Shown here piece after piece: positions 38,623 to 47,933 of a stretch of 64,000 nucleotides of DNA. The stretch is taken from the NCBI GenBank assembly GCA_965218085.1, contig CBDCKF010000002.1, positions 3,336,288-3,400,287 of the forward strand. Reading direction: 5' to 3'. The position numbers and the translations under genes are program-made. The first letter of the stretch is position 1, and every line of letters begins with the position of its first letter. The notes under the pieces are model-generated. The model saw only the letters and a program-made list of their open reading frames with translations, made no database searches and was not told the DNA's origin. The DNA comes from Terriglobia bacterium. GTDB taxonomy: Bacteria; Acidobacteriota; Terriglobia; 20CM-2-55-15.

Positions 38623-41382
38623 ATGTTTGATCACATTCGAACTGTTCTGAAGCTTCGCCCTTCCGAAGGCCGCATAACATCACTGATGTTTCTCTACGTT
38701 CTGGGCATTCTCACTTTCCACTACATTTTAAAGCCACTCCGGGCGCGGTTTTTTCTCCAGGCGTTTCCTGCAAGCGACCTGCCCTACGCATACATCCTGA
38801 CAGCTTTGTTCGCTGGGCTGGTCGCGACGCTCGTATTCCGACTGGGTCAACGCGTGTCTTTGGTTTCACTCATTACGATAACGAATGGCGGAATTGTCGG
38901 GACACTCTTCGTCTTTCGGGCAGTTATAGACGGTGAATTGGTATTCCTCCCTTACGCCTACTACGTCTACGTGCAGACGGTATCGGGTGTGGCCATGGCA
39001 CAGTTCTGGCTACTGGCCGCCCGTGTCTACGATTCACGGCAGGCCAAACGTACCTACAGCCTCTTAGGGGCCGGCGCAATCACGGGTGCGGTTGTCGGCA
39101 GTGTGATACCCGGATTTCTGTCAGACCGTTTGTCTGTGGAATCGATGTTTACCGTGTGTATCGGAATCATGATCGCATTGACAGGTCTGGCCCATACCGT
39201 CTGGCGGTCTCGCAGGAAGGTTGCCATAAGTGTTGCCCGGCAAAGGGAGCGTGACACTGAACTTGACCGGTTTCGTGGGCTTTGCCGGATGGTGTCGACC
39301 TCGGGTCATTTACGCTTGATAGGTCTGTTGATCCTCTTAACCGTAATTGGGTCGCAGTTGGCGGAATGGCAGCTCAGCCAGGCGGTCCAGAGTTTCTACG
39401 GAAATTTGGGGAGAATCGAACAGGGAACGCGGATCAACGAGTTCTTCGGCCGCTTTTACCTGGTGACAAATGTTGTCGGCATGCTGCTGCAGGTCGTCGT
39501 CACCGGATTCCTCGTCCGGCGGTTTGGCATCCTGGCCGCCTCGCTTTTTCTTCCGGTCGCGCTCCTGGCGGGCGGACTGGGCGTCCTCATCGCACCCGGC
39601 CTTGCTGCCGCCACGTTCACACGCGGCAGCGATGCGGCGTTTCGGTATTCGACTAGCCGAACCAGTCTGGAACTGCTCTACCTGCCCTTGTCTCCCGTAG
39701 TCCGGGAGCGCTTGAAGGTGTTCGTCGACGTGTTCGTCGATCGAGTCGGGCGTGCAGTGGCCGGGATCCTGATCCTTTTGTTGACTAGCTCGGTGCTTCC
39801 GTTCGGACTCAGAGGAACGGCTTTCGTGATGGTCGTAGTGACCGTAGCCAGTATATTTGTTGCTGTACGTGTGCGTCGAACATACGTGGAAGAGTTTCGT
39901 CACCAACTGGAACGTAGTGAAGTGGACTTGTCGGAGATGGCGAACTCCGTTACGGATCCGGCGTCGGTTCAAATGTTGGTGGATACTTTGGGGAGCTCAG
40001 AGCAACGCCGTGTCGCTTACGCTTTGAAGCTTCTCCAGTCGAGTAAAGGTGTTGATTTCCATGTCGAACTCATTCCACTGCTCAAACATCCCTCTTCGCG
40101 CATAAGAATGGAAGCAGTGCGCACGCTCCCGGCCTTGTCGCAGGATTTCGAGAGCGAAGCTAAGCGATTGCTGCTTGACGAAGACGATGGTGTGCGTGAG
40201 GCCGCACTGGATTATCTGCTGAGGTATTCGAGTCCCGACTCGGCAGGGACGCTTGAAGCGATGCTGCATCACGAGGACGCAGCGATACAGACACTGGCCG
40301 CTTTTTGGGCGTTCGAGCACGCTCCCATGGAATTTCGCGCCCCACGTGAAGTTGTCGATGGCTTGCTGGCGATGGATGGAATTCGATCTCGCTCAGCAGG
40401 GATTCGGTTGGCATCGCGGTTGGAAACATCCGAAGCCAACAGGATTCTCGAACGGCTGCTGATGGAATCAGACGGTGAACTGACGGGGGTCGCGGCGGGT
40501 GCGGCGGCGCGGATCGGCGCAATCCCATTGGTGACGCGGATCATTGAATTGCTTGCCGAAGCTCGGTCGCGCAAACACGCCAAGCAAGCGCTGGTTCGGT
40601 ACGGCCGAGCTATTGCACCCCAGTTGGGTGAGGTACTCAGCAACGAGACTGGAAACCTGCTCATACGGCGAGAACTTCCGTGGGTGCTGGCACGCATTGG
40701 CGGTAGCGAAGCTGCCGAAGCTCTTCTGAGGAACCTCGGAGTCGAGGATCGAATGTTACGCTATCGCGTGGTGAAGGGTCTAAATCATCTTCATCGCTTC
40801 GAGCCGAATCTGCCATCGCCAAGTTCACTGATTGCGGCGCAAATCTTTCGTGAAACTCAAAACTATTATGAAGCTCTGCTCTTGTCGCGAACACTTGGCG
40901 AAAAGACGAGCTTGTTGGGTCGTGCAATCGACGAACGCCTGGATAGAGATATGGAGCTGATCTTCTGTTTGATCGGGCTCCAGTACCCGCAGAAGGATAT
41001 CTATTTCGCCTATAGCGCCATCCGTGGCGATCACGTTGGCCGGCGAACGGCTGCCCTGGAGTTCATAGACAACGTTTTGAAAGCCGACCTTAAATCTATT
41101 ATTCTCCCGCTCTTAGAAGACGAACCGACGGATCATATTATTGATCAGGCCGCGCGACGTTACGCTATTCGTATCGGAGATATTCAAGACGCCCTGAACA
41201 GGGTGTTGGAGCAGTCCGACAGCTGGTTGACAGCGTGTGCCCTTTACGAAATCGGTGTGCGGAATATTGATGAAATGATCGAGAGTTGCCGTCGTTTGAC
41301 CCGTCACAACGACTCGATTGTGCGAGAATCGGCTTACTGGGCGCTGGGACGGCTCGAAGTCAAAGCTGAAGGTCTCGGGTGA
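38623..41382 (+). CDS. TLC/AAA-family carrier fused to a C-terminal HEAT-repeat domain (919 aa)
   Basis: The N-terminal ~440 aa form a polytopic membrane domain with a TLC-like start (HYILKPLRARFFLQ). The C-terminal half has repeated HEAT-like helices (VRTLPAL, VREAALDYLL, IRLASRL). Confidence 0.7.
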   Translation: MFDHIRTVLKLRPSEGRITSLMFLYVLGILTFHYILKPLRARFFLQAFPASDLPYAYILTALFAGLVATLVFRLGQRVSLVSLITITNGGIVGTLFVFRAVIDGELVFLPYAYYVYVQTVSGVAMAQFWLLAARVYDSRQAKRTYSLLGAGAITGAVVGSVIPGFLSDRLSVESMFTVCIGIMIALTGLAHTVWRSRRKVAISVARQRERDTELDRFRGLCRMVSTSGHLRLIGLLILLTVIGSQLAEWQLSQAVQSFYGNLGRIEQGTRINEFFGRFYLVTNVVGMLLQVVVTGFLVRRFGILAASLFLPVALLAGGLGVLIAPGLAAATFTRGSDAAFRYSTSRTSLELLYLPLSPVVRERLKVFVDVFVDRVGRAVAGILILLLTSSVLPFGLRGTAFVMVVVTVASIFVAVRVRRTYVEEFRHQLERSEVDLSEMANSVTDPASVQMLVDTLGSSEQRRVAYALKLLQSSKGVDFHVELIPLLKHPSSRIRMEAVRTLPALSQDFESEAKRLLLDEDDGVREAALDYLLRYSSPDSAGTLEAMLHHEDAAIQTLAAFWAFEHAPMEFRAPREVVDGLLAMDGIRSRSAGIRLASRLETSEANRILERLLMESDGELTGVAAGAAARIGAIPLVTRIIELLAEARSRKHAKQALVRYGRAIAPQLGEVLSNETGNLLIRRELPWVLARIGGSEAAEALLRNLGVEDRMLRYRVVKGLNHLHRFEPNLPSPSSLIAAQIFRETQNYYEALLLSRTLGEKTSLLGRAIDERLDRDMELIFCLIGLQYPQKDIYFAYSAIRGDHVGRRTAALEFIDNVLKADLKSIILPLLEDEPTDHIIDQAARRYAIRIGDIQDALNRVLEQSDSWLTACALYEIGVRNIDEMIESCRRLTRHNDSIVRESAYWALGRLEVKAEGLG

Positions 41383-41386
41383 ATCG

Positions 41387-41818
41387 ATGACGATAATTGA
41401 ACGCGTGTTTCTGCTGCAGGGCATCGAGTTATTTGCAGATGTCGCGACGGAGCAGTTGTCATTTCTGGCAGCAATCGCCGAAGAAAAGACCTTCGATGCT
41501 GGAAAGACGATCTACAACGAAGGCGACGCGCCCGACGGGCTCTACGCCGTCATTTCAGGCGCGGTCCGGATGGAACGTTTAGAGGAAGGTATCGACACCA
41601 TCAGTTCGAACGGCGCTTTCGGAGTATGGGCATTGTTCGACGACGAGCCAAGATTGACCTCAGCTCTGGCGCTGGAGGAAAGCCAGGTTTTGTTCGTGTC
41701 ACGCGAGGCATTCTACGAACTCTTGTCCGATCACGTGGAAATTGTAGAAGGCCTGTTCAAGCAGCTTGTATACAGACTGCGGCGTCTCGCGTCGAACGTA
41801 GAGGTGTCGTTGAAATGA
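41387..41818 (+). CDS. Cyclic-nucleotide-binding-domain protein
   Basis: The cNMP-binding fold pattern (GDAPDGLYAVISGAVRM...) spans the whole protein. The start lies 5 nt after the upstream stop. Confidence 0.75.
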   Translation: MTIIERVFLLQGIELFADVATEQLSFLAAIAEEKTFDAGKTIYNEGDAPDGLYAVISGAVRMERLEEGIDTISSNGAFGVWALFDDEPRLTSALALEESQVLFVSREAFYELLSDHVEIVEGLFKQLVYRLRRLASNVEVSLK

Positions 41819-42957
41819 GCTCTGACCGCAAGGTAATGCTCGTCGCTGCTGAGCACACGAACCCTGAACAAGTTGAGCGTACTCTGATCGATGGGAACTT
41901 TGAAGTTACAAGGTTGTCAGCGGCAGGAGCCGTAAAAGCTCAAACGGAATCCGACCCGGAAGGAGTCATCGTAGTCGTCGAATCCGATGGGCAGCGACCG
42001 AAAGTTGCAGAATTTCTCAACCGCCTCGGCCACGGCAGCGATCCTCCTCCAATCGTTATTATTGGGAGTGAGAAACAAGTTCCCGGCGCAGCTCAAAATG
42101 TACGATTCGTAGAACGTGTTGAAGCTGGAGACGCGGCACGGCTGCTCGATGCGGTCAATCGGGGGGTTCAGTTTCGTGCGCTCCAGTTGGGATATCGGGA
42201 CGCTCAGGCGAGGCTGATACACGCGGATCGTCTGGCAACGTTGGGAAGCATGTTGGCTGGATTGGCCTATGAAATCAAGACGCCATTAGGGGCCATTCGA
42301 GGCAATAACGATCTCATGGAGACCGTGGCCACAAGAGTTCGAGACCGTTTGGGTATGCTTGCCGCAGAGCATCCGGACCTCAAATCCGAGTGCGAGAGGA
42401 CATGCGAGGTGCTAGACGATTCCGTTCGAACGAACAGAATGGCGATTGAACGGCTCCTGGAAATCGTGAAAGGTGCTCGCAACATCGCGAGAGTCGACGA
42501 TGGCAAGGAGGCCATGGACGTTCGCGCGGGAATTGAAAGTTCTCTGATCCTTTTGGAGCACGAGCTGAAAGGTCGCATCGAATTGATTCGAGAGTTCGCC
42601 GATGTGTCCGACTGCATGTGTCTTCCGGGACAGATCAGCCAGGTTCTGCTCAACTTGCTGGTCAACGCCTCGCAGGCGATCGAGGGTCGAGGAACCATTC
42701 GGATCCGAACCTGGGAAGAGAATGGCTCCGTTCAAGTTTCCATTTCTGATGACGGCCCGGGGATATCTGAAGACCTTCAAGAACGGATTTTCGATGCAGG
42801 GTTTACAACGAAACCGTCCGAGGTGGGTTCGGGCCTGGGACTTTCAATCTCCAGGCGTATCGTTCAGAATCACGGAGGCAGTCTCGAAGTGAAGAGCCGC
42901 CCGGGATCGGGAACAACATTTACGATGAGTCTACCGAGGATATCCCAGAGTGAGTGA
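41815..42957 (+). CDS. Sensor histidine kinase with N-terminal receiver-like domain
   Basis: ATGA overlap with the upstream gene. HATPase_c motifs NLLVNASQAI, DDGPGI, GSGLGLSI. The N-terminal part is receiver-like (MLVAAEH...). Confidence 0.75.
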   Translation: MSSDRKVMLVAAEHTNPEQVERTLIDGNFEVTRLSAAGAVKAQTESDPEGVIVVVESDGQRPKVAEFLNRLGHGSDPPPIVIIGSEKQVPGAAQNVRFVERVEAGDAARLLDAVNRGVQFRALQLGYRDAQARLIHADRLATLGSMLAGLAYEIKTPLGAIRGNNDLMETVATRVRDRLGMLAAEHPDLKSECERTCEVLDDSVRTNRMAIERLLEIVKGARNIARVDDGKEAMDVRAGIESSLILLEHELKGRIELIREFADVSDCMCLPGQISQVLLNLLVNASQAIEGRGTIRIRTWEENGSVQVSISDDGPGISEDLQERIFDAGFTTKPSEVGSGLGLSISRRIVQNHGGSLEVKSRPGSGTTFTMSLPRISQSE

Positions 42958-43432
42958 GAACAACGACAAACCGACTGTACTCATCGTCGATGACGAGGAA
43001 ATGGTCACGGTTTCCCTTAAGAACCTGTTCCGTCTCCATGACGATTACCGCTTGCTGACCGCAACAGTTCCGGAAGAAGCCCTGGACATGGCTCACGAAG
43101 AGGCCATCGACCTGATTATCAGCGACTATATGATGCCCTCGATGGACGGAATTACCCTCCTCGGTAAGTTCAAGGCTATCCGGCCGCAGGCCATCCGGAT
43201 CCTATTGACGGGATATTCGGACAAGGACAGCGCGATCCGAGCCATCAATGAGGTAGGCCTTTTCCAGTTTATTGAGAAGCCCTGGGACAACGACTTCGTA
43301 CGGATGGTTGTTCGAAATGGTCTCGAAAAGCGACGGTTGATTCGAAATATCGATGAGAAAATACAAGAGCTATCCAGCGCGAATTCAAATCTGAAATCCA
43401 TCCAGACCGACTTGATCCGAGCCTTCATGTAA
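42950..43432 (+). CDS. Single-domain response regulator (CheY-like receiver)
   Basis: VLIVDDEE...DLIISDYMMPSMDG...LLTGY receiver motifs. 8-nt overlap with the kinase. Confidence 0.85.
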   Translation: MSENNDKPTVLIVDDEEMVTVSLKNLFRLHDDYRLLTATVPEEALDMAHEEAIDLIISDYMMPSMDGITLLGKFKAIRPQAIRILLTGYSDKDSAIRAINEVGLFQFIEKPWDNDFVRMVVRNGLEKRRLIRNIDEKIQELSSANSNLKSIQTDLIRAFM

Positions 43433-43468
43433 AGCTTGAACTTTCCGAGCGAATAAGGCAGTACTCAG

Positions 43469-44152
43469 CTACTCATCGTCTTCTTCGGCGCGAAATCCGA
43501 TACGCTCGAACGGGTTGAAAATACTGGAAGCGATGTTCATGAGGTGTGCCGCGATTCGTTTGAGATAGCGGGTGTACAAGGCTGTTGCGACTGCGTCCGT
43601 TGAAGAGATGTCCGGATCCTGTGAGCCAATCAGATTGTTGACGATTTCGTCGCATTTTCGAAGTATCCACCAATTGCCCTCCACCAGCGCCCGTGCTCCC
43701 TGAGCGTCTGAAGATTTAAGCATCGGTAGGATTTTTCCGTATACCTCTCCAACACCGACTTCAATTTTTGCGAGTTCTTCGTTGTAACGACCCCCTGTGA
43801 GGCGCGTCGGATGACCGGCGGCAAGATCCTTGATGTTCTTGGTGTAGTCTCCGATCCGTTCGATATCGATCACGATGCTGGTTAGAATCAAACCGGGAAT
43901 CATATTGGCACCACCTGTAATCGCCAGGTGTTTCAAAACTTTGTGCCGTACGTCCTGTTCATACTTGTTGATCTTCTGATCCATTGCATAAATATCCACG
44001 CCGACATCTGCGGAGTCGCTCTGGCGCAACGATTGGACCGAGACCGTAAACATCTGTCTCGTGATTTCCAGCATCACGTGGGAGTCTTCGAACGCACGTG
44101 TGAGCGAATTTGCCGTGCGCCACAGCTCAATCAGTTCCTTGAATCGGAGCAT
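43469..44152 (-). CDS. PhoU-domain regulatory protein
   Basis: Two PhoU-like helical repeats with IERIGDYTKNI and RIAAHLMNIAS. Confidence 0.65.
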   Translation of the reverse strand: MLRFKELIELWRTANSLTRAFEDSHVMLEITRQMFTVSVQSLRQSDSADVGVDIYAMDQKINKYEQDVRHKVLKHLAITGGANMIPGLILTSIVIDIERIGDYTKNIKDLAAGHPTRLTGGRYNEELAKIEVGVGEVYGKILPMLKSSDAQGARALVEGNWWILRKCDEIVNNLIGSQDPDISSTDAVATALYTRYLKRIAAHLMNIASSIFNPFERIGFRAEEDDE

Positions 44153-44159
44153 TGCTAGG

Positions 44160-45260
44160 TCACCCCATCAGATAGATTAGCGTTAGCGGAATCAGAAAAA
44201 ATAACGTAACCACGTAGACAAACGGAACCAATCTCGAGCGCGTGGCGAGTTCCGCCATCCTATTAGCACAATAGATTGGGAATCCTCGTATGGGCCAAAT
44301 AATAACGATGCCACACACATTGAACAAAATGTGTGCGAAAGCGACGGTGACCGCGGCGGAGTTCCCCGTGACCAGTGCAGCAAGCATAGCCGTAATAGTT
44401 GTTCCCAGATTCGCTCCGAGAGTCATGGGGAAGATCTGGCGGAGAGTCAGGATGCCCGCGCCCGCCAACGGTACGGCAAGCGATGTTGAAATCGAACTGC
44501 TTTGAACCATGATCGTCAGGACAACACCGAACAGGAATGCGCGTATCGCTGTCCTGAATAGCACCGTATCGAAAAACGCTTCAACGCGCTCGACAACCAA
44601 TATTTTCAGGTTGGCAATGATATAGCGAAGCGCAAGAAACAGGAGCACGATTGATATCAGCAACATGATCGTGCCGGACTCACCCGAGGCCCTGGCGATC
44701 AATTCTGCCACGGGATCAACAATCAGTTTGATCGGGTTGACCAGAGTAAAGCCCCCGGAACTTCGGAGCCATCCCTCAAGAACCGTGGACAGCCGTCCCA
44801 GAAAGTTCGTCGTGAGCTGGAGAGGAAACAGGATCACTACAGCGAGAACGTTGAAGAAATCGTGCACTGTGGCTGCCGCGAAAGCCCGCCGAAACTCCGC
44901 TGGACGCGATACGTGGCCCAGCGATACCAGAGTGTTAGTGACGCTGGTTCCAATGTTGGCCCCGATGATAATCGGTATTGCTCCAGCAACTGTCAGCGCG
45001 CCTCCGGCAACCAGACCGACGGCCATCGACGTTGTCGTGGATGAGCTCTGGACTAGGCTCGTTGCCAGGATGCCGATGAAAATTCCGACAAAGGGATTGG
45101 CAGTTGTTGTGAGCAACTGTTCGGCGAACCCTCGCCCGAAAAACTGAAACGAGTCGCCCATCAAGGTAATGCTCAGGAAGAACACGTACATCAGCAGCAG
45201 CAGCAGTCCGAGCCGGACCGGGCGGGGTAGGGAGTCCTGTTGATCGAGGACGGTTGACAC
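44160..45260 (-). CDS. Na+/phosphate cotransporter family protein
   Basis: Duplicated Na_Pi_cotrans repeats (QSSSTTTSMAVGLVAGG, QSSSISTSLAVPLAGAG). Confidence 0.8.
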   Translation of the reverse strand: MSTVLDQQDSLPRPVRLGLLLLLMYVFFLSITLMGDSFQFFGRGFAEQLLTTTANPFVGIFIGILATSLVQSSSTTTSMAVGLVAGGALTVAGAIPIIIGANIGTSVTNTLVSLGHVSRPAEFRRAFAAATVHDFFNVLAVVILFPLQLTTNFLGRLSTVLEGWLRSSGGFTLVNPIKLIVDPVAELIARASGESGTIMLLISIVLLFLALRYIIANLKILVVERVEAFFDTVLFRTAIRAFLFGVVLTIMVQSSSISTSLAVPLAGAGILTLRQIFPMTLGANLGTTITAMLAALVTGNSAAVTVAFAHILFNVCGIVIIWPIRGFPIYCANRMAELATRSRLVPFVYVVTLFFLIPLTLIYLMG

Positions 45261-45462
45261 CGGTTAGATAGGCCTTCTCATTAGTGGGTATTTTATTCAC
45301 ACGGCCGGTTCGGCAGTCCATTTTCTGGGCCAACGATCCGCACCGGGTCAACTGTGATTTGAGTTCATGCTACCGAGCATATAGTCAGGACTGGTCCACC
45401 GATTCTGGAAGATTATCACTGAAGGTGATGTGCCCTGCAGCGTGGTTCGAGACAGGTCCGTA

Positions 45463-45702
45463 TCAGCGCAGGGATCCGATCAGAAAACCTTTCAACATCT
45501 GCAGTCCAACGAGAAGGATCATCGGCGAGAAGTCCAGCCCGCCCATGGGCGGGAGGGCCCGGCGGATAGGCCCGAGCACCGGGTCGGTCATGCTGTTGAC
45601 GAACTGGGAAACGGGGTTGTCGTGTGGAAGCTGAACCCAGGAGAGAATGACGGCAACCAGGACGACGAGTGAGTACAGATCGATGATGTTGATCAGGATC
45701 AT
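45463..45702 (-). CDS. YggT-family small membrane protein
   Basis: 79 aa, two TM segments with the YggT-like DPV...PIRR pattern. Confidence 0.65.
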   Translation of the reverse strand: MILINIIDLYSLVVLVAVILSWVQLPHDNPVSQFVNSMTDPVLGPIRRALPPMGGLDFSPMILLVGLQMLKGFLIGSLR

Positions 45703-45709
45703 GATTTTA

Positions 45710-47161
45710 TCAAACGGGTGAGTTCAGGAATTGTGGAGGACGCCGGTGATCCGTTGCCTGTTCATAGGCAAAGGCCAGTCCCAGAATAAGGGCTTCGGTC
45801 CATGGGCTTCCGAAAAACGAGATGCCAACGGGTAGCTCTCCCAGAAATCCCATCGGAACCGTGACGCTTGGATAGCCTGCTACCGCTGCCGGCCGGCTAC
45901 TAGAGCCGGTCCTCGGGTCGCCGTTGGCGTGGTCGGTCACCCATGCGGGGTCACCCGTGGGACTGATGATCGCATCTAGGTTGTGCTCGGCCATAACCTG
46001 GTCGATGCCTTCGCGCCGCGAATAGCGGCGGTTGTTTTCGAGGGCATCGATATACGCTTGCTCTCTCAAGGACCCCATTTGCTGGGCTTCAATCAGAATG
46101 TCCTGGCCAAAGTATGGCATTTCACGCTCGATGTTTGCCGTATTAAATTCAATGATTTCGGCCAGGGATTTTACGGGAGCGTCCGGTCCCAGCGATTCCA
46201 GATACTGGTTCATTCCCGATTTGAATTCGTAGAGCAAGACTTCGAAACTCGTGTCGCCATACTGATCCATGTTGGGGACGTCTGTCGGATCCACGATGTC
46301 GGCTCCCTGGTTCCGCATTATTTGGATTGCACGTTCGAATACATCCCAGACTTCTGAATCAAAGTTGAAATTACGGGCCACGCCGATGCGGGCCCCATCA
46401 AGTCTTTCCCTATCGAGAAACGGCATGTAGTCGGTTTCAGAGCGCGGGGCGCTGCCGCCAGTGGCCGGATCCCGAGGATCGACACCGGTCAGCGCGCCCA
46501 GTAGCAGGGCAGCGTCCGCTACGGTTCGCGTCATAGGTCCTGCGGTATCCTGGCTCGCTGCGATCGGAATGATCCCCGATCGGCTGACGAGACCCACAGT
46601 CGGCTTGACTCCGACAATTCCGTTTCGCGAAGACGGGCACACGATGGAACCGTTGGTTTCGGTGCCGATGGCCAGTGGGGCGAGGTTTGCCGAGACGGCG
46701 ACCGCCGAACCCGAGCTGGAACCACATGGGTTATGGTCCAGCACGTAAGGGTTGCGGCATTGCCCACCCCGCCCGCTCCAGCCACTGGAGGAACCGCGTG
46801 ACCTGAAGTTGGCCCACTCACTGAGGTTGGCTTTACCGAGGATGACGGCTCCGGTGGCGCGCAATCGCTGCGCCACGAAGGCATCCCGGGGAGGCATTGA
46901 GCCCTCGAGGGCCAATGACCCTGCGGCTGTGCTCATCAGGTCTGCTGTGTCGATATTGTCCTTGACCAGGACGGGAATGCCATGGAGCGGCCCCCGCGAG
47001 CTCCCCGTGCGGCGCTCTAAATCAAGGATATCGGCAGTTTCCAGTGCTTCAGGATTCGTTTCGATAACGGCCCGCAGTTCAGGTCCGGCCGTATTCAGTC
47101 GGGCAATCCGGTTCAAGTAGAGTTCGGTGATCGAACGGGACGTCATTTCCCCGGACACCAT
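45710..47161 (-). CDS. Amidase-signature family amidase. A lipoprotein signal peptide is encoded in frame upstream but separated by a TAA
   Basis: [33 protein letters not shown] signature. Upstream in the same frame (47323..47192): VVTRRQFIVSIVLGSAGFATGC...FELD followed by TAA, then 9 codons, then the ATG. Confidence 0.75.
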   Translation of the reverse strand: MVSGEMTSRSITELYLNRIARLNTAGPELRAVIETNPEALETADILDLERRTGSSRGPLHGIPVLVKDNIDTADLMSTAAGSLALEGSMPPRDAFVAQRLRATGAVILGKANLSEWANFRSRGSSSGWSGRGGQCRNPYVLDHNPCGSSSGSAVAVSANLAPLAIGTETNGSIVCPSSRNGIVGVKPTVGLVSRSGIIPIAASQDTAGPMTRTVADAALLLGALTGVDPRDPATGGSAPRSETDYMPFLDRERLDGARIGVARNFNFDSEVWDVFERAIQIMRNQGADIVDPTDVPNMDQYGDTSFEVLLYEFKSGMNQYLESLGPDAPVKSLAEIIEFNTANIEREMPYFGQDILIEAQQMGSLREQAYIDALENNRRYSRREGIDQVMAEHNLDAIISPTGDPAWVTDHANGDPRTGSSSRPAAVAGYPSVTVPMGFLGELPVGISFFGSPWTEALILGLAFAYEQATDHRRPPQFLNSPV

Positions 47162-47337
47162 GTTGGCTGTGAGTTCGGCTACGGAGAGTTAGTCCAATTC
47201 GAAAGCAGGAAGCGGGCTGCTGTTCTGAGGGGCGCTGTTTTCCTGTTCCCTTGCCCCGCAGCCGGTGGCAAAACCTGCGCTCCCAAGCACGATCGAAACA
47301 ATGAACTGTCGGCGAGTAACCACGTTTCGTCTCGGTG

Positions 47338-47925
47338 TCAACGAAGGGAATCGACCTGCATTCTCGAAGCAATCGCTTCCAGAGTGTGGACTCCTTCGGC
47401 GTGAATCACGAAGCCGTAGCGGCGTTTCGGATCGGCTTCGCGAATCAGCGTACGATCCGAACCGAGAATTCTCTCAATTGTAGCTTCTATCGGAGGACGG
47501 AGCAGGCGATCGGTCTCATCCGTATTGGGTGTATCGAGCCTGTCATTGAACGAAAGCTCCCAGAAACCGGGTCGTGGCGCGAGATCCTGGGGATACTCCG
47601 GTTCGGAAGTAAGCGCCTCAGTCAGAGCCAGGCATCGTCTGAAGGTTTCCATCAAGCGATCCTCGGACGTCCCCTCCAGGTCCTGCTTGTTGGCGTAAAG
47701 GATTCCGGGTCCCGGATCGGCCAGATCGAGCCCAAGGTTTCCTTGCTTTCCGATCATCATCACGCCGGGTCCTTTGGCAACGTGAGCATAGTCGGCCAGA
47801 TCGACCCACCGGCTTGGGTGAGCGGCATCTTCCCGCCAGCGGGCAAAAATATCGAGGAACGGGTCCAGTGCGATCTTCTCCCCGGCGTCGGTGAATAGCT
47901 TGACGTTGATTCTTTGCAGTTCCAT
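47338..47925 (-). CDS. Hypothetical protein co-transcribed downstream of the sulfite reductase (DUF934-like placement)
   Basis: 1-codon gap after the sulfite reductase gene. No motif recognised. The DUF934 suggestion rests on genomic context only. Confidence 0.4.
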   Translation of the reverse strand: MELQRINVKLFTDAGEKIALDPFLDIFARWREDAAHPSRWVDLADYAHVAKGPGVMMIGKQGNLGLDLADPGPGILYANKQDLEGTSEDRLMETFRRCLALTEALTSEPEYPQDLAPRPGFWELSFNDRLDTPNTDETDRLLRPPIEATIERILGSDRTLIREADPKRRYGFVIHAEGVHTLEAIASRMQVDSLR

Positions 47926-47933
47926 GTAGATTC

